Shown here piece by piece: positions 37,978 through 48,696 of a DNA stretch of 64,000 nt. The stretch is from an uncultured Gammaproteobacteria bacterium (GTDB taxonomy: Bacteria; Patescibacteriota; Microgenomatia; PFEM01; JAPLYW01), in NCBI GenBank assembly GCA_965230945.1, contig OZ246397.1:304749-368748 (forward strand), given 5' to 3'. Position numbers and translations under genes: made by a program. Under the pieces are notes generated by a model. That model searched no databases and had not been told where the DNA came from. It worked only from the letters and a program-made list of their open reading frames with translations. Position 1 is the stretch's first letter, and the number at the start of each line of letters is the position of its first letter.

Positions 37978-38768
37978 TGTTAATTGATACCCACGCTCAC
38001 CTAGATTTCTCTCAATTTGATAATGACAGAGAGAAGATTATAAAAGAAACTAAAAGCTTAGGTATAAAAGTCATCAATGTTGGTTCTCATAGACAAGCTT
38101 GTCTAGATTCGGTCAATCTCGCTGAAAAACACAAAAATATCTATGCGGCTGTTGGCATTCATCCTCACGATACCGAAGATGTCAAAGATATAAATAAACT
38201 GATTGATTTCTTAGAAAAACTTAGCAGAGAACCTAAAGTGATCGCCATTGGTGAATGCGGCTTAGATTATCATCCTTTTGATCAAGGAAAATTTAGAAAA
38301 GATTTAAATTTAGATATTAAAAACAAACAAAAAGAAGTCTTTAAGGCTCAATTTGAATTAGCTCAGAAACTTAAACTTCCAATCATTATTCACAACCGCG
38401 ATTCTCACCAAGATCTTTTAAAGATTATTAAAGATTTCAAAGGTAGGGGTGTTATCCATTGCTTTTCTGGTGACAAAATCTTTTTAAAAAAGGTTTTAAA
38501 TCTAGGTTTTTATATTGGTTTTGACGGCAATATCACTTTTAAAAACGCCAAAAACCTACAAGAAATAGTTAAACTTACTCCTCTAGAAAAAATTTTAATA
38601 GAAACTGATTGTCCATTTTTAGCACCCGAACCTTTCCGTGGTTTGAGAAACGAACCTAAAAATGTTAAAATAGTGGCTGAATTTATTGGGGAATTAAAGC
38701 AGATCTCTTTCAGTAAGGTTGCCCAAACAACAACCCAAAATGCTAAAAATCTTTTTAAAATCAAATAA
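37977..38768 (+). CDS. tatD: TatD-family DNase
   Basis: DTHAHL, GIHPH, IGECGLDY, IHNR, HCFS, ETDCPFLAP. Confidence 0.96.
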   Translation: MLIDTHAHLDFSQFDNDREKIIKETKSLGIKVINVGSHRQACLDSVNLAEKHKNIYAAVGIHPHDTEDVKDINKLIDFLEKLSREPKVIAIGECGLDYHPFDQGKFRKDLNLDIKNKQKEVFKAQFELAQKLKLPIIIHNRDSHQDLLKIIKDFKGRGVIHCFSGDKIFLKKVLNLGFYIGFDGNITFKNAKNLQEIVKLTPLEKILIETDCPFLAPEPFRGLRNEPKNVKIVAEFIGELKQISFSKVAQTTTQNAKNLFKIK

Positions 38769-40276
38769 TGAAGAAAGCTGAACAAATAAACTACAGAAAA
38801 CAAAGACTTTTGGAAATGCTGCCAGGAAGCATCACCTGGCTGGTCATTCTTTTCCCTATTTGGGGCGCTTTTTTCATTCCTCGAATTGTCGCTTACTTCA
38901 CCATTGCCTTTTTGGTCTTTTGGCTTTATCGTTCTTTCCAAAGCGGTATCTTAGGTATTAGAGGTTATATTAAAATTCGCCGCAGTGAACAAACTGACTG
39001 GAAAGAAAAGTATTTAAAAGAAAAAGATAAAAATTCTTTAAGCTGGAATCAAATAAAACATGTTGTCATCATTCCCAATCTCAATGAAACAATAGAAGTC
39101 ATCTCTAAAACCTTAAAAAACTTAAGTCAACAAAAAGATATTAATAAAAACCAGCTCATCGTTGTTTTAGCCATGGAAGGAAGAGCGGCTGATTCAGACC
39201 AGAGAGCCAAAGAATTACTGCAAAAGTTTAAAGATAAATTTGGCAAACTGGAAGCCATCATCCACCCAGATGGAATTATAGGTGAAGTTAAAGGCAAGGC
39301 TTCTAATGAAGCTTGGGCCGCCAAAAAAATCAAAAAGATAGTTGTTAATCAAGAAGGTTATGATATTAATAAAATCACCATCACCAGCTGTGATGCTGAT
39401 GCTCATATTCACCTTAAGTACTTCTCAACTCTGACTTATCAATTCGCCATCAATAAAAACCGTTACCTGCGTTTTTGGCAATCACCCATCTGTTGGCACA
39501 ATAATTTTTGGAAAGTTCCTGCCTTTGTCAGAATCATCGGTACTTTAAGCAATGTTGGCTATCTAGCCAACATTCAAGAACCAGACGGGTTGTTTTTTAA
39601 CTACTCAACCTACTCAACTTCACTAAAACTTCTCGACGAGGTTGGCTATTGGGATACTGATATTATTCCTGAAGATTGGCATATCTTTTTACAGTCCTTT
39701 TTCCATAAAAAAGGCCTTGTTGAAGTTGAACCTATTTTCTTACCCACAAGTATTGATGCTCCAGAGGGTAAAACTCATTTTGCCGCCTTAAAAAACCGCT
39801 ATGAACAATGCAAGCGACACGCTTGGGGAGCAACAGACATCCCTTACGCCATCAACAAAGCCATGCGACACAAAGAAATTCCTTTTTTAATTAGATTTTT
39901 TCGTGTCTACAAGGTTATTGAAAGCCACATCCTCTGGGCCACCAACTGGTTTTTATTAACCTTAGGTGCCTGGGTACCAGCTTTAATCAACCCCTTCTTT
40001 AAGCAAACTGCTCTTGGTTACAACCTACCTAAAGTAGCCCAGTGGGTCTTAAATATCTGTCTCCTGTTTTTGATTATCATGATTGTCGTCGATCGAGCCA
40101 TGCGTCCCAAGCCACCCAAGAAAGAAGTTCGTCGCGGATTTGGCTTTTTGGAAATTATCCAATGGCTTTTAATGCCTATTGCCGCTCTATTTATGGCTGT
40201 CCTCCCTGCTATTGATTCTCAAACCAGATTAATGCTTGGTAAAAGATTAGAATACCACGTCACTAAAAAGATCTAA
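38768..40276 (+). CDS. GT2-family membrane glycosyltransferase
   Basis: GKASN, DAD, PEDW and Q.KRH.WG motifs flanked by TMs. Confidence 0.88.
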   Translation: MKKAEQINYRKQRLLEMLPGSITWLVILFPIWGAFFIPRIVAYFTIAFLVFWLYRSFQSGILGIRGYIKIRRSEQTDWKEKYLKEKDKNSLSWNQIKHVVIIPNLNETIEVISKTLKNLSQQKDINKNQLIVVLAMEGRAADSDQRAKELLQKFKDKFGKLEAIIHPDGIIGEVKGKASNEAWAAKKIKKIVVNQEGYDINKITITSCDADAHIHLKYFSTLTYQFAINKNRYLRFWQSPICWHNNFWKVPAFVRIIGTLSNVGYLANIQEPDGLFFNYSTYSTSLKLLDEVGYWDTDIIPEDWHIFLQSFFHKKGLVEVEPIFLPTSIDAPEGKTHFAALKNRYEQCKRHAWGATDIPYAINKAMRHKEIPFLIRFFRVYKVIESHILWATNWFLLTLGAWVPALINPFFKQTALGYNLPKVAQWVLNICLLFLIIMIVVDRAMRPKPPKKEVRRGFGFLEIIQWLLMPIAALFMAVLPAIDSQTRLMLGKRLEYHVTKKI

Positions 40277-40340
40277 GTTACATTTCTTAATTCTTTTTGA
40301 GGGGTTCTTAATTTGCTATACTATTTGCTATACTTGAAAT

Positions 40341-41627
40341 ATGAATCAGTTTACCACCAGCCTCTGGGGGGACGAGGCTTGGGCTGCTACTTTAGCCGTT
40401 AAACCCATTTCCCAAATTATAAAAATTGTTGCCACGGATACTTCTCCGCCTTTTTACTACCTTCTCCTTCATGGATGGATGAAAATCTTTGGGTCTTCAG
40501 AGATAGCCATAAGGAGTCTTTCCTTTTTGTTCTTTCTTGGCACAGTACTGACTGTCTATCTCATTGCCCGATATCTCTGGGGGAGAAAAACTGGTATTTT
40601 AGCTGCCCTTTTGGCCTTTACTAATCCTTTTCTCTTTACTTACGCTTTTGAGGGAAGAATGTATTCACTTTTAGTCCTAACCTCTACCTTATCCATCTAC
40701 TTTTTCTTAAAGAAAAATCGGCTTGGATTTATTTTAGCAACCGCCGCTGCCTTGTATACCCATCATTTCTCTCTCTTCATCGTTATTTTTGAGGGGCTCT
40801 GGGTAATTAAAGAAAATCGGGGAAAGAATTTTAAACAAATTATAAAAAACCTTTCAGATTTTTTTATTATTGGTCTTTTATATCTCCCCTGGTTTTATCC
40901 CCTTTACTACCAAACATCACTAGTTGGCAGTGGTTTTTGGTTGGGCAAGCCGACTTTTGAGGTATTCAAAGACACCATTCACAACTTTTTAGTAGGTTCC
41001 GGGAAAGAGATTTCTCGTCAATTAGCCTACTGGATAATATTTGCCGTCTTACTTTTACGAAAGTGGACTAAGGAAAAAGAAAAATGGGTCTTCCTTTTAG
41101 GCTGGTTTTTTACTCCCCTAATTTTAACTTTTATCATTTCTCGATTTTTTCAACCAATCTTTTACGACCGCTATATGTTAATGGCTATTCCAGCAGCTTC
41201 AGTTTTAATCGCCTCCAATAGAAGAAAACTTTCTTTTATCTTTATCTTTATGGTTATCTTTTTTTTAGCAACAGTTAATCACGCTTACTTTTTCCATCCC
41301 GTCAAAAGGCCGTTTAGGGAACTCGCGGTCTTCATTAAAAAAGAGGCAAGAGAAATACCACTTGTTAACTATAACGCTGCTGCTCATCATCTTTGGGAAT
41401 CAAAATATTATGACCTTCAGGCACCAATCTATTCCCCCCAACCACTTCCTTTCTATACGGGAACAGCCTTAATGGAGGAAGGCGATATAATTAAAAAAAT
41501 ACCGGATGTAAAAGAAATCGGAGTGATAACCAGCGCCCCAATTGAAGAAACAAACATCCCTGGCTATCATCTGATGAAAGCCCAAAAATTTGGCCAGCTC
41601 TCATTTATGTGGATGGGAAAAGATTAA
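40341..41627 (+). CDS. GT-C fold glycosyltransferase
   Basis: SLWGDEA, DTSPPFYYLLLH.W, EGRMYSL, YTHHF. Confidence 0.87.
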   Translation: MNQFTTSLWGDEAWAATLAVKPISQIIKIVATDTSPPFYYLLLHGWMKIFGSSEIAIRSLSFLFFLGTVLTVYLIARYLWGRKTGILAALLAFTNPFLFTYAFEGRMYSLLVLTSTLSIYFFLKKNRLGFILATAAALYTHHFSLFIVIFEGLWVIKENRGKNFKQIIKNLSDFFIIGLLYLPWFYPLYYQTSLVGSGFWLGKPTFEVFKDTIHNFLVGSGKEISRQLAYWIIFAVLLLRKWTKEKEKWVFLLGWFFTPLILTFIISRFFQPIFYDRYMLMAIPAASVLIASNRRKLSFIFIFMVIFFLATVNHAYFFHPVKRPFRELAVFIKKEAREIPLVNYNAAAHHLWESKYYDLQAPIYSPQPLPFYTGTALMEEGDIIKKIPDVKEIGVITSAPIEETNIPGYHLMKAQKFGQLSFMWMGKD

Positions 41628-41628
41628 A

Positions 41629-43116
41629 ATGAAAAAATTATTTTCTTCACACTGGGTTTTTTTATTATTAGGGTTCGTCTTTCTTCTGCGTCTTCCTTTA
41701 CTATTCGAGCCCTTTACTTACGCTGATGAAGGCATTTATTTAACTTTAGGTCAGGCGGTAAGAAAAGGTTTAGTTCTTTATCGAGATATTCATGATAATA
41801 AGCCACCTATGCTCTATTTAACAGCCGCTATTACCGGTAGTTTTCCTGTTTACCGAGCAATCCATTTTCTTTGGAGCTTTGCTACGATATTTATTTTTTA
41901 TAAACTAAGCCAAATTGTATTTCTAAAAAACAGGAAGGCGGTTATCATCTCCACTAGTACCTTCGCCATCCTTACCAGCCTTCATACTTTCGAGGGAAAT
42001 ATTGCCAATGCGGAAAATTTTATGCTCCTTCCGACTCTCATAGCTTTCTTTCTTATTTTTAAGTTTATTAACAAACCAGCGAGCAATCAAAAATTCCTCA
42101 AATGTTGGTTCTTGATAGGCATCCTTCTTTCTCTGGCAGTTCTTTTTAAGGTACCGGCTATCTTCGACTTTTTCGCTGCTTTGATCTTTATTTTTCTAAT
42201 TTTCCTTGATCAAAAACAAAAAAACTATTTATTATTCCCATCATTACTCATCGGCTTTCTTCTACCCATTTTAATCACTGCTCTCTATTTTGCTTACAAA
42301 AACGCTTTAAGTCAGTATCTTACGGCTGCTTTTCTTCAAAATCTTCCCTATCTTTCTTCTTGGGGAGGAGGTAGTCCAAAAATAGGAGAACTGCCAATAC
42401 TACTTTTAAGCCGGGTAGCTATGGTTTTTTTGCTTATTATCTTTCTTTTTATTTTCCGAAAAAAAATTTGCTTAAATATTAAATTTATTCTTCTCTGGTT
42501 TTCCTTTTCTCTTTTTGCCGCTCTTTTATCTTCACGTCCTTATCCTCATTATTTAATTCAAGTCCTTCCTTCTTTTTCCTTGGCTTTTGGTTTTTGGACC
42601 CTGACTAAAGCAAAAACCTTGCTTAAGCTCATCCCCACTTCTTTAACATTGATCTTTATTTTGACTTTTGCAAGTTTTCGCTTTTGGTACTACCCCAACC
42701 TTCCCTATCTAGCCAACTTTTACCAGTTCGCAGTTGGAATAAAATCTCGCCAAGATTACCTCAATTATTTCGGTGGCCAAACAAAAAGCCTTTATGAAAC
42801 GGCTAGTTTTATTAAAAACCATACCGATAAAAAAGAAAAAATCTTTATCTGGGGAACCCAACCATCTCTTTACAGCTTAACTAATCGCTTGCCTGTAGGC
42901 CGCTATACCGTCGCCTATCATATCATCGACTTTGACGGTTATAGGGAAACGATGCTAGCTTTGACAAACAAACCACCGCGCTGGATCATTGTTACCCCTG
43001 ATGAGAAAAAATCATTCCCACAACTAGAAAATTTATTAGACTATGACTACACTCTCTATAAAAAGATCGGTGAGAATAAAATCTTCTATCGTATCCCAAA
43101 GATCTCCCGATTATGA
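41629..43116 (+). CDS. GT-C fold glycosyltransferase
   Basis: DEGIY, LYRDIHDNKPP, NAENF, YPHYLIQ. Start set to the ATG at 41629. Confidence 0.85.
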   Translation: MKKLFSSHWVFLLLGFVFLLRLPLLFEPFTYADEGIYLTLGQAVRKGLVLYRDIHDNKPPMLYLTAAITGSFPVYRAIHFLWSFATIFIFYKLSQIVFLKNRKAVIISTSTFAILTSLHTFEGNIANAENFMLLPTLIAFFLIFKFINKPASNQKFLKCWFLIGILLSLAVLFKVPAIFDFFAALIFIFLIFLDQKQKNYLLFPSLLIGFLLPILITALYFAYKNALSQYLTAAFLQNLPYLSSWGGGSPKIGELPILLLSRVAMVFLLIIFLFIFRKKICLNIKFILLWFSFSLFAALLSSRPYPHYLIQVLPSFSLAFGFWTLTKAKTLLKLIPTSLTLIFILTFASFRFWYYPNLPYLANFYQFAVGIKSRQDYLNYFGGQTKSLYETASFIKNHTDKKEKIFIWGTQPSLYSLTNRLPVGRYTVAYHIIDFDGYRETMLALTNKPPRWIIVTPDEKKSFPQLENLLDYDYTLYKKIGENKIFYRIPKISRL

Positions 43117-43128
43117 TAGAATAGTTAC

Positions 43129-43500
43129 GTGCGCGCCCCAATTATCAAAACATTAAGATTAATCCCCTCAACGGAAAACAAGAGCTTAAGAAAGTTTCTA
43201 AAACTGGCTTTTATCATTATCCTCGCTGAAATCTTAATCATCCTTTTTTCTTTATCCTTCCTGCCGCCTCAAGTCCCTCTTTTTTATTCCCGTCCTTGGG
43301 GTGGAGAACAACTGGTTCATCCTTTGTATCTTTTCATCATTCCTTTGGCAAACCTCCTCGTTCTTATCCTCAATTCAGTCTTAATTTCCTTTATCCCTAA
43401 AAAAGATAGTCTCATTAGGCAAATCCTGACCATCGGCGTTTTGATTTTCAATTCTTTATCATTAATTACCTTAATACAAATTATTAGATTGGTTATTTGA
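43129..43500 (+). CDS. Small membrane protein (DUF1648-like)
   Basis: LPPQVPLFYS.PWG motif between TMs. Confidence 0.65.
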   Translation: MRAPIIKTLRLIPSTENKSLRKFLKLAFIIILAEILIILFSLSFLPPQVPLFYSRPWGGEQLVHPLYLFIIPLANLLVLILNSVLISFIPKKDSLIRQILTIGVLIFNSLSLITLIQIIRLVI

Positions 43501-44567
43501 TGGATTTTCTTACTAAAAACTTAATCATCTATCCTTTAGCTGTCGCTTTTTTTATTTCCTTAATATTTACTCCCTTAACCATCAAATTGGCCTGGAAATT
43601 GGGCTTAATTGATGACCCTCAAAAAAGAAAACACCCGGCCAAATTACATAAAAAAGCCATTCCTAGAGCTGGCGTTATTCCTATTTGGGTAGCTCTTATC
43701 ATCACTAGTCTCATTTTTCTGCCTCCTGACAGATACCTTTTAGGCATCTTAGGCGGAGCTAGTCTTTTACTTATCTTAGGCATTCTTGACGATAAATATG
43801 ATCTTAATCCTTATTTAAGATTAATTGGCTGCCTTTTAGCTGCCAGCTTGGCTGTTTTTTCCGGAGTTAAAATCTTTTTCATTACCAATCCTTTAGGCGG
43901 TGATATTATTCACTTTGTTCAACCCATGGCTATCATTTTGGCTATCTTATGGATCAGCTTTTTGGCCAACATCACCAACTGGTCGTCTGGCTTTGACGGC
44001 CAATTACCGGGCATTGTCGTCATTGCCGCTTTAACAATTGGCTTTCTAAGTTTCCGTTTTTCCGCTGATATTACTCAATGGCCAGTAACTATTCTTGCTG
44101 CCATCACCGCCGGGGCCTTTTTAGGCTTTTTACCTTACAACTTCTTCCCGCAAAAAATCATGCCTGGCTATGGCGGTGGCACCTTAGCTGGATTTATGCT
44201 GGCCACCTTAGCTATTCTTTCGACCACCAAAATCGGTACTTTGCTTGTCGTTTTAGGTATTCCTTTCATTGATGCCTTGTATTCCATCACCAGAAGAACT
44301 ATAACTGGCCGTTCACCAGTATGGGGCGATCGCGGTCATCTTCATCATAAGCTTTTAGACGAATGGCATTGGGGGAAAAGAAAAACCGCCCTTTTTTATT
44401 GGCTCATTACCGCCTTGCTGGGTATTTTAGCTTTAAATTTGCGAAGTATCCAGAAATTCTATACAATCGTTATGTTAGTAGTCATTATTGGTAGTTTGCT
44501 TTTATGGTTCAATTTTTTCTCAACCTATTTAAATCGACCAGGCCGAGACAAACCCTCAAAAACCTAA
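43500..44567 (+). CDS. Polyprenyl-phosphate GlcNAc-1-phosphate transferase (WecA/TagO-like)
   Basis: DDP, H...IPRAG, GILDD, GFDG, GFLPYNFFP.KI, DRGHLHH. Confidence 0.9.
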   Translation: MDFLTKNLIIYPLAVAFFISLIFTPLTIKLAWKLGLIDDPQKRKHPAKLHKKAIPRAGVIPIWVALIITSLIFLPPDRYLLGILGGASLLLILGILDDKYDLNPYLRLIGCLLAASLAVFSGVKIFFITNPLGGDIIHFVQPMAIILAILWISFLANITNWSSGFDGQLPGIVVIAALTIGFLSFRFSADITQWPVTILAAITAGAFLGFLPYNFFPQKIMPGYGGGTLAGFMLATLAILSTTKIGTLLVVLGIPFIDALYSITRRTITGRSPVWGDRGHLHHKLLDEWHWGKRKTALFYWLITALLGILALNLRSIQKFYTIVMLVVIIGSLLLWFNFFSTYLNRPGRDKPSKT

Positions 44568-45445
44568 GTATTTTTGCCCCTTTGGTCTTCTCAGGCAGTC
44601 TTTTTATAGCTAAAAGCTTTTGGATTACAGCTTTGGCTGTTTTCATCTTCACCATCATGACCTCCTCTATTTACCTGATCAACGACATTATTGATTTACC
44701 TAAAGATCGTCTTCATCCTATTAAAAAGAAAAGGCCTATTGCCTCAGGTAAATTGCCTATCCCCGTCGCTTTGTTTATTGCCATTTTTGGTGTCTTCCTT
44801 TCTTTATCTCTATCTTTTTCACTAGGTTTTTTCTTCTTTTTAACCTTACTTATCTATTTTATTTTGCAAATCAGCTATACCTTTTGGCTAAAAAACATCA
44901 TTGTCTTAGATATTCTCATCATTGCCAGTGGTTTTATTCTCAGAGTTTATGCCGGTGCTTTTGCCATTAACGTCCATATGAACGTTTGGTTTTTGCTTTG
45001 TGTCATCTCCCTTTCTTTATTTCTAGCTGCTGGTAAAAGAAGAGCCGAATTGGCGGTGTTGCAAAAAAGAGCCCCTAATCATCGCCGTACACTAACTTTC
45101 TACACCAACGATCTCTTAGATGCTTATCTGGCCATGTTTGCCAACGGAACTTGGCTGGTTTACGCCCTGTTTACCTTTTTTGCCCCTCAGCCAATTATCA
45201 TTAAAAAAACTTCACTCATATTACTCAACCTCCCCTTAACCTTAGCCGGCATCAACAAGTGGTTGATGATTACCATCCCTTTTGTTATTTATGGCATTAT
45301 GAGATATATGAATATCGTTTATCAGGGCCAAAAAGCCGAATCTCCAGAAAAGGTACTTCTCTCAGATAAACCTCTTTTGATTACGGTTGTCTTGTGGGGA
45401 ATCTTGGTCGTTACCATCCTTTATGGTATTAACCCTGGTCTCTAA
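44504..45445 (+). CDS. UbiA-family decaprenyl-phosphate phosphoribosyltransferase-like protein
   Basis: RPRQ.LKN, YLINDIID...DRLHP.KKKRPIASG, GFILRV.AG, KRRAEL, GIMRY, SPE.VLLSD. Confidence 0.88.
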   Translation: MVQFFLNLFKSTRPRQTLKNLSIFAPLVFSGSLFIAKSFWITALAVFIFTIMTSSIYLINDIIDLPKDRLHPIKKKRPIASGKLPIPVALFIAIFGVFLSLSLSFSLGFFFFLTLLIYFILQISYTFWLKNIIVLDILIIASGFILRVYAGAFAINVHMNVWFLLCVISLSLFLAAGKRRAELAVLQKRAPNHRRTLTFYTNDLLDAYLAMFANGTWLVYALFTFFAPQPIIIKKTSLILLNLPLTLAGINKWLMITIPFVIYGIMRYMNIVYQGQKAESPEKVLLSDKPLLITVVLWGILVVTILYGINPGL

Positions 45446-45474
45446 ACAAAAAAGCAAGAAAGGAGGTGAAAAAA

Positions 45475-45813
45475 ATGAACTGGAAAAAAGCTATTGGCTT
45501 TGGTGTTATCCTTTGGGTTTTGATGTTTACCATTGTTTCCTTCTTTATTGCCTTTAATATTTACAGGTTTGCCTGGATGCAAGTCGTAACAGCTATCATC
45601 AGCGGAGTTATCGCTTTTGTCTTAGCTGGTTATGTTAAACCCAAAAAGATCGTTAGTGCTTTAAATTATGGTCTAGTCTGGGTAGCCGTTGGATTAATCT
45701 TAGATGCCATCGTAACCATGAAGTTTAACGCCGCCATCTTTGCCTCTTGGCCTTTGTGGTTAGGCTATGCCTTAGTTCTTGTTGCCCCAATAATAAGGGT
45801 TAAAAAGAAGTAA
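45475..45813 (+). CDS. Small 4-TM membrane protein
   Basis: Hydrophobic ORF. Strong SD AGGAGGTG 6 nt before the ATG at 45475. Confidence 0.75.
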   Translation: MNWKKAIGFGVILWVLMFTIVSFFIAFNIYRFAWMQVVTAIISGVIAFVLAGYVKPKKIVSALNYGLVWVAVGLILDAIVTMKFNAAIFASWPLWLGYALVLVAPIIRVKKK

Positions 45814-45814
45814 A

Positions 45815-46894
45815 CTAGGTGCCGAACTTAAATTCAACCACCTCGCCATCAACCAGAGGGTAATCTTTCCCCATTGTTTTAACTTTCCCTAACCTGCGCG
45901 CTTCATCCCAACCTCCACACTTAACAAAATCTTCAAAAGAAATAATATCTGCTTTTATAAAATTCTTTTCAAAATCAGTATGAATCACCCCAGCCGCCTG
46001 AGAAGCTAAAGTGTCTCTTTTAATCGTCCAGGCACGTACTTCTTTACCACCTGTGGTAGTGAAAAAAGAAATCAAATCCAATAATTGATAGCTTTTTTTG
46101 ATTAAACGATTTAATCCCGTATCTTCCAACCTATATTGCTTAAGATAATCTTTCTGTTCTTGCTCATCCAAGGCTAAAATTTCGTTTTCTAACTTAGCAC
46201 AAAAAACTAAAAAATTACCCCCACCAACAATTTTCTCAGCCTCCTTTTTTACCTTATCCAAATTCTCAAGCTGCTTTTCAGAAATATTAAAAACATAAAG
46301 CACGGGTTTTAAAGTCAATAAATTCAAAGAGGCGATAAAATTTTTTTCCTCATTAGATAAACCAGCATCTGAAGCCAAAACTCCGTCATTTAACTTCTGC
46401 TTTAGCTTTTTAACAACTTCAAACCTTAATTTTTCCTCTTTACCTGTTTCTAACCTTGGCTCCTTTTGCTTTTCCAAAGCAGCCAAGTCAGCTAAAAGAA
46501 GTTCTGATTCAACCGTTTTTATATCTGACAACGGATTAATCTCACCTATATGAGCTACATTTTCATCTTCAAACATACGCACTAAATGAACAATAGCCGC
46601 CGCCTCTCTGATATGAGATAAAAACTGATTGCCCAAGCCTTCTCCTTTAGAAGCACCCTTTACTAAGCCAGCAATATCATAAAATTCAACGACAGCAGGA
46701 ACTATTTTTTCAATACCTGTAACCTTAGATAAACTACTCAATCTTTCGTCTGGAACTTCAACCACACCTACATTAGATTCAATAGTACAAAAGGGGTAGC
46801 TAGCAACATCAGCCACCTGCTTTTTTAAGAGAGCATTAAACAAAGTAGACTTACCTACATTAGGCAAACCAACAATTCCAATAGAAAGCTTCAT
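45815..46894 (-). CDS. ychF: Ribosome-binding ATPase YchF
   Basis: GIVGLPNVGKST, YPFCTI, DIAGLVKGAS.GEGLGNQFL, EVRAWTI, AGVIHTDF. Confidence 0.97.
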   Translation of the reverse strand: MKLSIGIVGLPNVGKSTLFNALLKKQVADVASYPFCTIESNVGVVEVPDERLSSLSKVTGIEKIVPAVVEFYDIAGLVKGASKGEGLGNQFLSHIREAAAIVHLVRMFEDENVAHIGEINPLSDIKTVESELLLADLAALEKQKEPRLETGKEEKLRFEVVKKLKQKLNDGVLASDAGLSNEEKNFIASLNLLTLKPVLYVFNISEKQLENLDKVKKEAEKIVGGGNFLVFCAKLENEILALDEQEQKDYLKQYRLEDTGLNRLIKKSYQLLDLISFFTTTGGKEVRAWTIKRDTLASQAAGVIHTDFEKNFIKADIISFEDFVKCGGWDEARRLGKVKTMGKDYPLVDGEVVEFKFGT

Positions 46895-46931
46895 AAGAAC
46901 CAATTATAGCATCAAAGAAGAATTTAAGAAG

Positions 46932-47834
<903 letters not shown>

Positions 47835-47899
47835 AAGTGAAATTATAATAGCATAGTTTGTCAAAGAGAGCAAGAAAATGGTAGAATAAACCTACACTA

Positions 47900-47971
47900 G
47901 GTGCGGTGGCGAAGTGGAAACGCTGTGGTCTGCAAAACCTCGATGCGCGGGTTCGATTCCCGCCCGCACCT
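47900..47971 (+). tRNA. tRNA-Cys (GCA)
   Basis: Acceptor GGTGCGG/CCGCACC, anticodon loop CT-GCA-AA, T-arm GCGGG-TTCGATT-CCCGC, discriminator T. CCA is not encoded. Confidence 0.95.
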
Positions 47972-48014
47972 CAAAAACTTGACTTTCTAGGTTATTTTTG
48001 GTATCATACAACAC

Positions 48015-48042
48015 AGTCCTCCTCTATTAGGAGGATTTTTTT
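48015..48042 (+). terminator. Intrinsic terminator downstream of tRNA-Cys
   Basis: AGTCCTCCT-CTATT-AGGAGGATT followed by a T run. Confidence 0.8.
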
Positions 48043-48064
48043 ATGGGGTTAATTAGCCCCTATT

Positions 48065-48619
48065 ATGAAATACAAATTAATCAAGAGGTTTTTACGTGAG
48101 TTTTTCGAGAAAAAAACTATTCGCAAAATTTTTGGATTAAACTTAGCCGCCGTCGTTTTATTCACCGGCTTTCTTAGCACGCCTATTTCCGCTTTTAAAC
48201 AGAACCCTGATCAAGAAATAGTTTCTTTAACTGCCGAAGTAGTTACTTTAACTACGGAAAATTCTGTCAGGGCGCCTTTAGACATTTTTGCCGTTACCCA
48301 AGGTTATTCTGTTTTTCACCGTGGTGTTGACTTAAACGAAGTTTTAGGCGCGCCTGTCTATCCTCTTATGGATGGTAGAGTTGCGGCTGTTTTCTATAGC
48401 CGCTTTTCCTATGGAAACCGCGTCATTATTGACCATGGTTCTGGATTTAAATCATTATATGCTCACTTAGCCAATATCACCGTAGCCAAGGGTGATGAAG
48501 TTGATAAAAATACTGTTTTAGGTACCGTTGGTTCTACTGGTTGGTCCACCGGTTCTCACCTTCATTTAGAGGTATACCATAATGGGAGAACTTTTAACCC
48601 CCTGACCATTCTTAAATAA
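48065..48619 (+). CDS. M23-family peptidoglycan endopeptidase
   Basis: HRGVD, YGN.V.IDH, YAHL, GSTGWSTGSHLHLE. N-terminal TM. Confidence 0.93.
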   Translation: MKYKLIKRFLREFFEKKTIRKIFGLNLAAVVLFTGFLSTPISAFKQNPDQEIVSLTAEVVTLTTENSVRAPLDIFAVTQGYSVFHRGVDLNEVLGAPVYPLMDGRVAAVFYSRFSYGNRVIIDHGSGFKSLYAHLANITVAKGDEVDKNTVLGTVGSTGWSTGSHLHLEVYHNGRTFNPLTILK

Positions 48620-48651
48620 TTCCGTTAGGTAACTTTCTCATTTTTGGCAAT

Positions 48652-48680
48652 AAAAAAGCCGCCTTTAAGCGGATTAAAAA
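48652..48680. terminator. Terminator between the convergent M23 and groEL genes
   Basis: AAAAAAG-CCGC-CTTTAA-GCGG hairpin with a T run on the minus strand. Confidence 0.6.
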
Positions 48681-48696
48681 GTTATTTCTTTTTTTC

